In this document: positions 1 to 7,862 of the stretch, one piece after another | How positions within the stretch are numbered: the first letter of the stretch is position 1 | Layout of the letters: the number at the start of each line of letters is the position of its first letter | Source of the DNA: a virus | Strand: one strand, 5' to 3' | Length of the DNA: 63,823 nt | Virus record (IMG/VR): IMGVR_UViG_3300042376_000206 | Notes under the pieces: model-generated | What the model saw: the letters and a program-made list of their open reading frames with translations, nothing else | What the model was told of the DNA's origin: nothing | The model's database searches: none | Program-made: the position numbers and the translations under genes

Positions 1-121
1 TAAGTTACTTTGAACCAGAACCAAACCCACCTCCGCGCGTCGTGCTGGACTTGCGGTCCGAGAACAACGGCATCCGTGGATCATTGTTTCGCATGAAGTG
101 GTTGTCCACTGAGTCCATCTG
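1..121. repeat. terminal direct repeat, left copy (exact duplicate of 63703..63823)
   Basis: Read directly: bases 1..121 are identical to the last 121 bases of the window. Joining the ends gives an uninterrupted gene order: the stop of ORF 5..463 lies 15 nt upstream of the ATG of ORF 63083..63691. Confidence 0.95.
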
Positions 122-463
122 AGCTTGTGCTTGACGACCGTAGTAATCATCCCGTGAGCGTGCAAGTTCAGCGGGCATCTTGCAGAGCATGAGGCCACCA
201 ATTTCCACGTTCCCGGTCTTCTCGTTTCCGGCCAGCATAAGTTCAGGATGGTCAACCGCCTTCACCGGCTCCCAACCCTCACGCATCTTTTTGGACACGT
301 TGGTGGGGTCGGCCTGTCCCAGGACGTGCGTCGCAATCCAGCGATACACATAACCCGGCTCAGGTGTCGGATCGGGCAGCGAACTCGAAGGTGTGTACAC
401 CATACGAGCAGATTTTTCGCGTGACTGCATGTCACGAGGCATACGGTTTTGAGTTTCAGCCAT
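5..463 (-). CDS. hypothetical head-module protein (152 aa)
   Basis: ORF track. TAA stop at 5..7 and an 8-nt overlap with the upstream scaffold gene. Lies between scaffold and capsid genes once the ends are joined. No motif recognised. Confidence 0.75.
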   Translation of the reverse strand: MAETQNRMPRDMQSREKSARMVYTPSSSLPDPTPEPGYVYRWIATHVLGQADPTNVSKKMREGWEPVKAVDHPELMLAGNEKTGNVEIGGLMLCKMPAELARSRDDYYGRQAQAQMDSVDNHFMRNNDPRMPLFSDRKSSTTRGGGFGSGSK

Positions 464-1406
464 TTTGGTTCTCCAGTTTTGCCACTTGAGCAGCGTACTG
501 CTGCGGGGTCAGGCCCAGTTTCTTCGCCAACGCAACTTGTGTTTGGGTCAGACGGATTTTTCCAGCACTCGTTGTACGAGCGGCAGGTGCCACGACCGTT
601 GTGGGTTTCTTTTGAACCTCACCCGTTCTCGGCTTGTCTTCGTTGCCACCGAAAATCTCGGGGAACTTCGACTTCATGCGACCGTCAATCTGGTCGAAGT
701 AATCATCGGAGCGAGGGTCAACACCCCCGTTGACTAGCTTCTGGTGCAGCCCTAGTGCGTAGCTGGTGTATTCCTCAAATCCAGGTTGCCCGAACCACTG
801 GTTTTTAGCCTGCCAGCGCAGGGACTTTTCGTCGGGTTGAACTTGAACTTGCGGTTGTTGTTGAGTTTGTACAGGAATTTCTTCGGTCTGTAAAGCCTGC
901 GGACGGAATCTTTTGGCTTCCTCAACACGCCATTTAGCCGACGCCAGTTCTTCCTGGGCAGCGATGATGGCGTCTGTATCAAAAGACTCCTGTGCTTCCT
1001 TGAGTTTGCGACGGGCCATCTCCAGTTCACCTTCCGCTTCCTTGCGGGCGGAATTGACCAGAACCTCTTGGCCTTCGTTGTAGCTCTTCTTCAGCCGATT
1101 GTTTTCGGCGATAAGCTGCTGTGCAAGACGCTCAAGCTCAGCCTTCTCCCGAGCCACGGCTTCTTTCTGACGACGCTCGTCATGGCGGGCATGCGTCAGT
1201 TCTTTGATCCGCGACTGGACCTTATCCGAGTAGGACTCGATCTCTTCATCGGTCGGGTCAGAAACCTCTTTGTCTAGAGGTTTACGCCCGCGATCTCGCT
1301 CGGGGGTGTCGTCAACGATTTCGACATCTACGTCGCCTTCGCCTTCGATTTCTACCTTGACTTCGTTTTCCTTTTCGTCAGGAAACTTGAACTCTTCTTT
1401 GTCCAT
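456..1406 (-). CDS. putative scaffolding protein
   Basis: 316 aa. Very acidic N-terminus and a long Glu/Lys/Arg/Ala/Gln coiled-coil-like centre. The C-terminal tail ...IRLTQTQVALAKKLGLTPQQYAAQV is of the kind seen in phage scaffolds. Position is portal-to-capsid. Confidence 0.65.
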   Translation of the reverse strand: MDKEEFKFPDEKENEVKVEIEGEGDVDVEIVDDTPERDRGRKPLDKEVSDPTDEEIESYSDKVQSRIKELTHARHDERRQKEAVAREKAELERLAQQLIAENNRLKKSYNEGQEVLVNSARKEAEGELEMARRKLKEAQESFDTDAIIAAQEELASAKWRVEEAKRFRPQALQTEEIPVQTQQQPQVQVQPDEKSLRWQAKNQWFGQPGFEEYTSYALGLHQKLVNGGVDPRSDDYFDQIDGRMKSKFPEIFGGNEDKPRTGEVQKKPTTVVAPAARTTSAGKIRLTQTQVALAKKLGLTPQQYAAQVAKLENQNG

Positions 1407-1417
1407 TAATCACTCCT

Positions 1418-1858
1418 TCAAGCGCGGGTGAGTCCGCGAGGGTCTTGCACAACAGCATCCACCTGATCGTCATTGATCAGACGAAACTCTTTGCCAAAGA
1501 TTTTGAATCTGGTGCCGGAGTAAGTCCTCACCAACACAAAATCTCCAGGCTTACACCAAGCGCCCGTAGGGAAACGCTCGGGGTCTTTGTAGGCCGAAGG
1601 GCCTTGTTTGAGCACGAACAGCACCGTGGTGGCGTGTTCTTCTTGGCGCATGTAACTGTCAGCCTTGATCAGGCTTGAGTTCTCAAACGTGTCTGAAACA
1701 TCAGGCACGATGCACAGCAGTTTGTGACCTGCAGGCTCGGGAAGGGCTGTGGCCTTCTCTTCAGGGGCGAGGTTCTCGTCCTGTTCGTCCTGGGGTTGAA
1801 TGGTCTTAGGCAGGCTAATGCCCGGTGGGAGGATGATTCCCGCTTCACTCGTCTGCAT
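1418..1858 (-). CDS. GroES/gp31-like (Cpn10-fold) co-chaperonin candidate
   Basis: Start moved to ATG 1858 (MQTSEAG...) because the longer ORF runs through the upstream 64-aa gene. The C-terminal half, KPGDFVLVRTYSGTRFKIFGKEFRLINDDQVDAVV, matches by eye the GroES pattern GD.V.f..y.G.e.k..g.ey.i....dilav. Confidence 0.5.
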   Translation of the reverse strand: MQTSEAGIILPPGISLPKTIQPQDEQDENLAPEEKATALPEPAGHKLLCIVPDVSDTFENSSLIKADSYMRQEEHATTVLFVLKQGPSAYKDPERFPTGAWCKPGDFVLVRTYSGTRFKIFGKEFRLINDDQVDAVVQDPRGLTRA

Positions 1859-2039
1859 CTTCGGCTTTCTTTGCAAGGTCAAGGATGTAACGCTCTGCCA
1901 TCGCCAGACCTTGGATGACGCCGCAGAGCTTCTGGTATTCCTCAAAATTGCGACACGCACCACCCGCCAAGTCATCGGCGTAGTTGTTCATGTCGGTGCG
2001 TATTTGTTCGCGCAATACGCGTGCGAAATCTTGGATCAT
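1845..2039 (-). CDS. hypothetical protein (64 aa)
   Basis: ORF track. Its ATG overlaps the portal TGA as ATGA (2036..2039), suggesting translational coupling. Confidence 0.6.
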   Translation of the reverse strand: MIQDFARVLREQIRTDMNNYADDLAGGACRNFEEYQKLCGVIQGLAMAERYILDLAKKAEDADE

Positions 2040-4498
2040 TTAGTGGGCGTGTCCTTTCGGCGTTGTTGGGCCTCTTGCGCTTTGGCCTTTGCGATGTCGA
2101 TGCCCATGCGGACACCTTCACGTTCTTGCTGAGCCTGCAGTGCTGCCTTGTCTTTCTCGATGTCCGCCTGGGTCTTCATGGCACGAAGCTCCAGGTCGCC
2201 CTTGATGCGCTCAGCTTCAAGCTCCTGCTTATCTGCCGTAGCCGTTGCATCGAGCATGATCTTCTGAGCCTTGAGTTCAAGCTCCTTCTGACGCAGCGCC
2301 AGTTCTTGCTGCTGCATCTGGATCACCGGGTCTTGCATCTGCTGCTGCGCCTGCTGCATCGCGGCCTGCTGAGCGGCTTGGGCGTTGACTTGCGCAGCGG
2401 CTTGGGCCATCATTGACGACAGCGCGATCTCGATTTGCGGCGGGAGTTTCTCGTCTTCGGGAGGCAGAGGCATGCCCAACTGCGCCTCAATCTGCTTGCG
2501 CATCTTGTAGCCCAGGTGTTCAGCAATATGCGCTTGCTGCGCGGCAACGATTTGCTGCGCCATCGGGTTCTGCCCCACAACCTGCGCCACCAGCGGGTTC
2601 TGCGTAATCATCATGTGCACCGCGATGTGTGCGTCGTGATCCTGGTGCAGGAACGCCTTGACCGGCTTGTTCTTCAGCAAGTCTTGGTTCTCCGAAACGG
2701 GGTCGATAGGCTTCTCGTCGTCAGGCAACGGAACGAGCTTCTCTGCGTTCTTGATGCCCAACACGTCCAGCATCGCCCTGTGCAACTGCGGCAGGTCGTA
2801 AATCTGCGGGGCCATCTGCGCCATCTGAATGACGGCTTGGTACTGCACCACCCGCTGCGACATCGTGGCCGCGTTGGGGTCGCTCACAGGGATAACGTCT
2901 ACAAGGTCGTAGTCCGACTGCTTGGCCCGCTTGGTGCCGTACTCAGGGTCGTACTCGTAGTCCGGCTCGGTGTAGTCGCGGATGATCGACTTCAGGAGCT
3001 TGAACTCCTGCTTGAGCGAGTAGTGAGTGCGGGCCTGGACCGCCGTCAAAATTTTGAGTTGCCGCTCCAGCAGCGCCAGCGTGGTGCCCACCGGCGCCTG
3101 CGCAGACATGTCGGCCACCTTCATGTCTGCGGTGGCAGCGAAGCGACGACCCTCCTCTACGATGTTGCCCAGCAGGGTGTAGAGAACTTGGCTGGGCTCT
3201 TTGTACGGCAGCGGCAGGATGCTGTCGCGGATGTTGCCGGAGGCTACATCGACATCGCGGAACTCGCCAGGGGCGATAGGCGTGTCATCGCCCTTGATCC
3301 GCAAACCACGTGACTTCAGTCCGCCAGGGAGGTTAGACAGAGTGCCAGCATCAACAAGCTGACGCATGAGCGAAGTAGCACTCTTTGCAAAGCCACCGAT
3401 AAGATGGAACAGACCAAAGCCGTACGCTCCGAAGCCTGGAACGTACTGGTAGTGCACGAAGTGCTGGCGCTTGAGTTTGAGGTCGTCATCCTCGTTCCAA
3501 TTCCTGTAGATGCTCAGGATGGTGTTCGTACCGCGAATAACGGTAACCACGTACGGCACGGCAATCTCGCCGTCCTTGTCACCAAACGGGTCATCTGGGA
3601 TGTGCAGATCAACGTGCACCTCCATCAGCGTGAAGCGATCATCGTTGAGATCGCTGAAGCCCGTCTCTTTATCTTTGGCCTGCTGGATGTCGGACTTGTT
3701 CTTGTCCGGCTCGCCCAGTTCTACCTCACGGTAAAACCCTGCAGCCTGCAGCTTGATAAGGTCGTTCTTGCTCTTGCGCATGACGTGCGTCAGGCGACGG
3801 CACGTGTCCATGTCAGTGGTGCCGTACGGCAGGATGATGTCCTCCGCAGGCACAAACATGCTGACTTGACGACCTAGGTTCGGGTCGTAGTACACCTTCT
3901 TGAACGCCGAGCCGGTAGCCGGGAGGCTCCACAGCATGCGCTCGTGCTCAGGCCGGTACTCCTTCATGACTTCGGTCAACTCGAAGTTCATGTCGTCCTG
4001 CACACGAACGGCGGCTTCTTTCTTCTCGGGCGTCTCTTTGCCGATGATCTTGGTCTTGACCGGGCCTGCTGCAGGGAACGTCTCCGTGATCATCTCTGAC
4101 TGGAAGCGCACAACGGCTTCCGTAATCATCGGATGGAATACACCACAGGCGCCGTTCCACGGCTCCGTCCGCTCTTCGATCTGCAAGCCCAGCAGCTTCA
4201 GACCGTCCACATACGCCTTCTCCCACTCCTTGCGGGAGGCTTTGTCCTGGTCGATCTCAGACATCAGGTCGCCGCCCAGGCCCTCAATAAAGCCTGAGTC
4301 AAGATACTCAGCCAAGTTGGCGTCGAATGAGTCTGCGGTCTTGGGTTCTGGGCGGAGGCTGATCTCCATTCCGTCGATGCCGATGTTGACCTCTTCTGGG
4401 TCAACGATCTCGATTTCAATCTCGGGCTCTGCCTGTGCCAGTTCCTCGATGCCGGTGGGGGCGGGGTAAAGCGCCTTGTCGATGTTGGTTGCCATCAT
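2036..4498 (-). CDS. portal protein
   Basis: 820 aa, immediately downstream of the large terminase. Size and position are typical of a portal. Long Gln/Ala/Glu/Lys-rich helical C-terminal extension (barrel-like). RBS AAGGA upstream of ATGATG. Confidence 0.8.
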   Translation of the reverse strand: MMATNIDKALYPAPTGIEELAQAEPEIEIEIVDPEEVNIGIDGMEISLRPEPKTADSFDANLAEYLDSGFIEGLGGDLMSEIDQDKASRKEWEKAYVDGLKLLGLQIEERTEPWNGACGVFHPMITEAVVRFQSEMITETFPAAGPVKTKIIGKETPEKKEAAVRVQDDMNFELTEVMKEYRPEHERMLWSLPATGSAFKKVYYDPNLGRQVSMFVPAEDIILPYGTTDMDTCRRLTHVMRKSKNDLIKLQAAGFYREVELGEPDKNKSDIQQAKDKETGFSDLNDDRFTLMEVHVDLHIPDDPFGDKDGEIAVPYVVTVIRGTNTILSIYRNWNEDDDLKLKRQHFVHYQYVPGFGAYGFGLFHLIGGFAKSATSLMRQLVDAGTLSNLPGGLKSRGLRIKGDDTPIAPGEFRDVDVASGNIRDSILPLPYKEPSQVLYTLLGNIVEEGRRFAATADMKVADMSAQAPVGTTLALLERQLKILTAVQARTHYSLKQEFKLLKSIIRDYTEPDYEYDPEYGTKRAKQSDYDLVDVIPVSDPNAATMSQRVVQYQAVIQMAQMAPQIYDLPQLHRAMLDVLGIKNAEKLVPLPDDEKPIDPVSENQDLLKNKPVKAFLHQDHDAHIAVHMMITQNPLVAQVVGQNPMAQQIVAAQQAHIAEHLGYKMRKQIEAQLGMPLPPEDEKLPPQIEIALSSMMAQAAAQVNAQAAQQAAMQQAQQQMQDPVIQMQQQELALRQKELELKAQKIMLDATATADKQELEAERIKGDLELRAMKTQADIEKDKAALQAQQEREGVRMGIDIAKAKAQEAQQRRKDTPTK

Positions 4499-4504
4499 GA
4501 ATCC

Positions 4505-6043
4505 TTAGTAGTACGCCGCCTTGCGTGGCGTGAAGTAGCCCTGCTCGGCCTCATCAGAGTCCAAGCTGACAAAGCCCCCTTGACGGAAGCGCAGCAGGGC
4601 TTGGGTCGTAGTGTCCACGAAGTCGTCGTGCTCGCCTACTGGGAACGACGCCATCTCCTCGATGACCTCCCGTGCCCAGCGCGTGTCGGGCGCCCAGACT
4701 TTCCCAGAAAAGAACAGGTCAGCCACAGCGTTCATCCGCACCACCTTGTCGTTGCCACGTGATGGTGTGTACTCGGCCACGGGGATACCCATGTTTCTGA
4801 GTTCGTATATTAAAGGCGCACCTGCAGCCTTCTTTTCCACGATGAACGCGTCAGGCTCCCACTCTTTGTAGTGCTTGAGCGCCACTTGCTTGAGTTCGGG
4901 AAACGCCATTCGATCCTTAAACGCGTCCAGCAGAATCAACTGCGGGGCGTCGCCCTCTTCTTCGTTATAGAACACGCCCCAGGTGGTGCAGGCGCTGAAG
5001 TCGGAGGTGGTCTTTGTCTCGAACGCCGTGTCCCAAGACTGGATCACGTACTCGCACGTGGGCGGATCGTCTTTTGGCCACAGCCGCCAATGGTGGCGTC
5101 CCACGATGGCGGAAGAGTCTGCCGTAGGCTGCTGCATGTACTGCGCGTTCCAGAAACGCGGGTCCATGTTGGCCTTCTTGGACTTGAGTTGGTCCAGTGG
5201 CCACTGCTCTGGCCACAGAGACTTCTCATTCTCTTGGCTTTCGTTCAGGATGGCCGGTAACTCTACGATCTCCCACTGATCTGCGTCAGGGTTCTTGGTC
5301 TGGTAGTCGATGAGACGACCAGTGAGGTCCAGCAGCGACCACCTCGTCATGATGACGATGATGGCACCACCCGGCATCAAGCGTTGCAGCGGGCCGGTCT
5401 GGAACCACGACCATGCCGTGTCGAACGCGAGCCTTGAATTTATTTTTACATCTTGTTCGCTATGAGGATCGTCAATAACGAACAGATCAGCACCGCGACC
5501 AGCCAGAGCACCACCGACACCAGCAGCGTAATACTGGCCTCCTCGGGAGGTAGACCACTTCCCGGCGGCTTTTTGGTCCTCAGCCACCAGCGTTTCCGGG
5601 AAGAGTTCGCCGTACTCATCGCTGTTGATCAGGTTTCGGATGCGCCGACCAAAGTCCTCCGACAGGGACGCGGTGTGCGTGCCCATGATGATCTTCTTCT
5701 CTGGAAATTTACCCAGGAAGTACGCTGGAAACAAGTAGGAACTGAACTCGGACTTACCCATACGCGGGGCGATGTTGATGATCACCCGCTTTTTCTTGCC
5801 CGAGAGCACGTCTTCGAAGATTCTGGCCAGCTTTTTGTGGTGTGGCCCCACCTTGAACCCTGGATAGACGTGCTTGGCGAAGCCGATGAGGTTGGTTTTG
5901 GCCAAATCACGCGACACCCGGCGCTCTTTTTCCTCAAGCGCCTCAAAAAGCTCCATCTTCTCCTGCAAGGAGAGCGTCGGAAGCGCGGCCTGGATGGCCG
6001 CAAGCTCACGCGGGCTGATGCTATTGAGTGACTGGAGGTTCAT
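4505..6043 (-). CDS. terL: terminase large subunit
   Basis: 512 aa. Walker A-like NIAPRMGKSEF and Walker B-like ADLFVIDDPHSE. C-terminal nuclease-type acidic motifs (IQSWDTAFE, GEHDDFVDT). Confidence 0.9.
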   Translation of the reverse strand: MNLQSLNSISPRELAAIQAALPTLSLQEKMELFEALEEKERRVSRDLAKTNLIGFAKHVYPGFKVGPHHKKLARIFEDVLSGKKKRVIINIAPRMGKSEFSSYLFPAYFLGKFPEKKIIMGTHTASLSEDFGRRIRNLINSDEYGELFPETLVAEDQKAAGKWSTSRGGQYYAAGVGGALAGRGADLFVIDDPHSEQDVKINSRLAFDTAWSWFQTGPLQRLMPGGAIIVIMTRWSLLDLTGRLIDYQTKNPDADQWEIVELPAILNESQENEKSLWPEQWPLDQLKSKKANMDPRFWNAQYMQQPTADSSAIVGRHHWRLWPKDDPPTCEYVIQSWDTAFETKTTSDFSACTTWGVFYNEEEGDAPQLILLDAFKDRMAFPELKQVALKHYKEWEPDAFIVEKKAAGAPLIYELRNMGIPVAEYTPSRGNDKVVRMNAVADLFFSGKVWAPDTRWAREVIEEMASFPVGEHDDFVDTTTQALLRFRQGGFVSLDSDEAEQGYFTPRKAAYY

Positions 6044-6683
6044 CCGGGGTTTCCGGGGCGGTTTCTTCTGCGGTCGTGATGTCGATTACGTCCGTGACCT
6101 GCATGAAGCGGTTGATCTTGTCCTTGATCTTGGCTTCGATCTCGGCATCCGTCAGGTCAGTCTTCTTGACCTCCACCCGCTCCGTGAATAGCGCCACTTC
6201 CGTCACGCGCCCAAGCATGTCGAGCGCCTTCAGCCGGATTTTTGCGTCGGGGTGCTTGGTTTCCTCAAGGATTTGGCTCACGGCGTAGCCGCGAAGCTCC
6301 TTGGCCTGCTCCACAAACGCCCAGTCATACGCCACCAACATCCCTGTTAGGTGCCGCACAGCGGGTGGAGTCTTCAACTGGATGAGCGCCTTGCGCTGTT
6401 CCTCCGGCGACTGGGTGGTCATGGCCTGGAAAGCCTGCCGTGCCTGGGAGGCGGCTGCGGACTGCTGGGATTCTTCGGCGTTGGTGGCGCCCATTTCCTT
6501 GAGCCAGTCTGCGGTAGATACCTGGGCGGCTAAGACTTCATCCGAAGTCGCCTTATCCAAAGGCGTCACCTCGTCAAGGGTGGCCAGTGGTGGCTTGTAG
6601 TCAATCAGGTGTTCAAGCATTTCGAAGCGGGGCTTGCGTCCGTAATTGGGCGGAGTGTATAGTGGGTACCGAGCGGCGTGCAA
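6021..6683 (-). CDS. putative terminase small subunit (start uncertain)
   Basis: 220-aa ORF overlapping terL by 23 nt and first gene of the late arm. Call is by position only. The TTG at 6683 lies 26 nt from an AGGAGAAAC-like box (6710..6718). An alternative ATG sits at 6620. Confidence 0.4.
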   Translation of the reverse strand: MHAARYPLYTPPNYGRKPRFEMLEHLIDYKPPLATLDEVTPLDKATSDEVLAAQVSTADWLKEMGATNAEESQQSAAASQARQAFQAMTTQSPEEQRKALIQLKTPPAVRHLTGMLVAYDWAFVEQAKELRGYAVSQILEETKHPDAKIRLKALDMLGRVTEVALFTERVEVKKTDLTDAEIEAKIKDKINRFMQVTDVIDITTAEETAPETPDEPPVTQ

Positions 6684-6740
6684 GCGTCTCTCGAATGTGT
6701 GTTGGTTTTGTTTCTCCTCTCAGTTGCTAGACTGATCTTG

Positions 6741-6769
6741 CCCCGGCTGCAAAGACCGGGGCTTTTTTT
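6741..6769 (+). terminator. intrinsic-terminator-like hairpin in the divergent control region
   Basis: CCCCGG-ctgcaaaga-CCGGGG followed by c + T7. The U-tract exists only in the plus orientation, and no plus-strand gene lies upstream. Confidence 0.5.
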
Positions 6770-6796
6770 CGCCCATGCTTGTCAAATTTTTATAAT
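6768..6796 (+). promoter_or_regulatory. candidate sigma70-type early promoter
   Basis: Perfect TATAAT at 6791..6796. A weak -35 TTCGCC sits at 6768..6773 with a 17-nt spacer. The predicted start falls in the G6 run near 6803. Confidence 0.35.
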
Positions 6797-6827
6797 ATAC
6801 CGGGGGGTATTTTATTTGAAAAGGTAT

Positions 6828-6850
6828 GGGGGTGGGTTTGGTATTTGGGG
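6828..6850 (+). other. G-run cluster (G5-T-G3-N10-G4)
   Basis: Read directly: gggggtgggtttggtatttgggg on the plus (early-sense) strand. Confidence 0.5.
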
Positions 6851-6930
6851 TTTGTGGCGAGTTTCTGGAAAATGCTGAGTGTGGTTGGGGATTAGTGTTC
6901 ACACAACTACGCCACCTCGCTGCCAATATT

Positions 6931-6952
6931 GGGGGGTGGGGGTAGGGTGGGG
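6931..6952 (+). other. canonical G-quadruplex motif
   Basis: GGGGGGTGGGGGTAGGGTGGGG: four G-runs of 3 or more with loops of 1-2 nt, on the plus strand upstream of the first early gene. Confidence 0.7.
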
Positions 6953-6992
6953 TCGAGATACCCAGTTTCTGAGAATCTCGGAAACCCCAGTA

Positions 6993-7001
6993 TGCTACAA
7001 T
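6993..7001 (+). promoter_or_regulatory. candidate extended -10 promoter element (TGcTACAAT)
   Basis: TGCTACAAT lies 90 nt upstream of the first early ATG. No convincing -35. Confidence 0.3.
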
Positions 7002-7036
7002 AGATTCATCGGTTGGGATAAATCCCGCCGACAGCA

Positions 7037-7060
7037 CGGGGAAGGTTTCTTCCCCGTTTT
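7037..7060 (+). terminator. GGGGAAG-hairpin family copy 1 (leader terminator/attenuator-like)
   Basis: cGGGGAAG-gttt-CTTCCCCg followed by TTTT. Lies 31 nt upstream of the ATG at 7091. Confidence 0.55.
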
Positions 7061-7090
7061 CATTTGTCTCATCACTTGGAGGTATCCACC

Positions 7091-7501
7091 ATGAACACAC
7101 TCAACCAATTCGCATGGCAACTCGGTGCACACGCTCGCATCACGCAAGCCCACTCGCTTGTGTGGCACAAAGCCTATGTGAAGGCCACACCTGAGACGCA
7201 GGCCGCGTGGCGCGAGGGATTTATCACCCACTTCCTGCGCGGCAACCTTGAGGTCACAGAGGCGCAAGCCAAGGCCATCATGGGCAAGTCCCGCACAGAC
7301 CGCAGCACCGCCCATCAGAACGCCTACCGCGCTGCCGAGATGAAGTTCAACTACCACATCCGCCGCAACTCCAGCGGCGATGCTGAGCCTGCTAAGCCCA
7401 CCCGCACGACTGCCGCAGAGAAGGCGGCGTTCGCTCGGTTCCTGGCTGCGTTCGACGGCGATGTGAAGCGTCTGAAGGCTGTCGTCAAGGCTCTCGCCTG
7501 A
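7091..7501 (+). CDS. hypothetical early protein (136 aa)
   Basis: ATG at 7091 preceded by TTGGAGGT. The ORF-track start at 7064 lacks an RBS. Confidence 0.8.
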   Translation: MNTLNQFAWQLGAHARITQAHSLVWHKAYVKATPETQAAWREGFITHFLRGNLEVTEAQAKAIMGKSRTDRSTAHQNAYRAAEMKFNYHIRRNSSGDAEPAKPTRTTAAEKAAFARFLAAFDGDVKRLKAVVKALA

Positions 7502-7505
7502 TCCT

Positions 7506-7521
7506 GGGAAGATTTCTTCCC
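7506..7521 (+). promoter_or_regulatory. GGGGAAG-hairpin family copy 2
   Basis: GGGAAG-attt-CTTCCC followed by cgattcctg (no U-tract), 5 nt after the stop of 7091..7501. Confidence 0.55.
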
Positions 7522-7530
7522 CGATTCCTG

Positions 7531-7560
7531 CCGCACTCCCTCTGCGCGAGGGGGTTGCGG
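7531..7560 (+). promoter_or_regulatory. second stem-loop of the 7502..7605 spacer
   Basis: ccgcactccctc-tgcgc-gagggggttgcgg: about 12 bp of stem with one G-U pair and one bulge, followed by ttatttcc. Confidence 0.45.
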
Positions 7561-7605
7561 TTATTTCCGTTCGCCACGCGAACTCTTTTACTTTGGAGGT
7601 TTCCC

Positions 7606-7803
7606 ATGTCCAAGCAACTCAACCTGCGTCTCGGCTCCAACTGCCCGCCCCACATCAAAGCCCGCCTAGCCGAGCTACGAGCGGACTGCGTCCGTAGGAG
7701 CGAAGAGCACCACCGCAAGCAACGCATCCTCGACAACGCCGAGCGTTACGAGACTTGGCAAGAGGTGCGCCTGTCATCTCTGCCCCTGAAAGGCCGTCGC
7801 TGA
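7606..7803 (+). CDS. hypothetical early protein (65 aa)
   Basis: ATG at 7606 preceded by TTGGAGGT. This is the internal Met of ORF 7555..7803. Confidence 0.7.
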   Translation: MSKQLNLRLGSNCPPHIKARLAELRADCVRRSEEHHRKQRILDNAERYETWQEVRLSSLPLKGRR

Positions 7804-7809
7804 CCGGAT

Positions 7810-7829
7810 CGGGGAAGGTTTCTTCCCCG
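7810..7829 (+). promoter_or_regulatory. GGGGAAG-hairpin family copy 3
   Basis: cGGGGAAG-gttt-CTTCCCCg, 7 nt after the stop. No U-tract. Confidence 0.55.
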
Positions 7830-7862
7830 TGTCCAACTTTTGTCAGGGTTTACCCTCGGTTT

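Noticed and set aside
6779-6796. TTGTCA plus TATAAT as a consensus-like promoter, and the perfect TTGACA on the minus strand (6785..6780) as the late promoter -35.
   Set aside because: The TTGTCA to TATAAT spacing is only 6 nt. The minus-strand TTGACA has no -10-like hexamer at 16-19 nt (agcccc/gccccg).
6720-7100. A 126-aa minus-strand ORF in frame with the small-terminase candidate and separated from it by a single TGA. I considered a possible read-through extension.
   Set aside because: It covers the promoter, G-run and hairpin control region. It is Pro/Thr-rich and low-complexity (the C-rich complement of the G-runs), starts on a non-ATG codon, overlaps the first early gene, and has no RBS.
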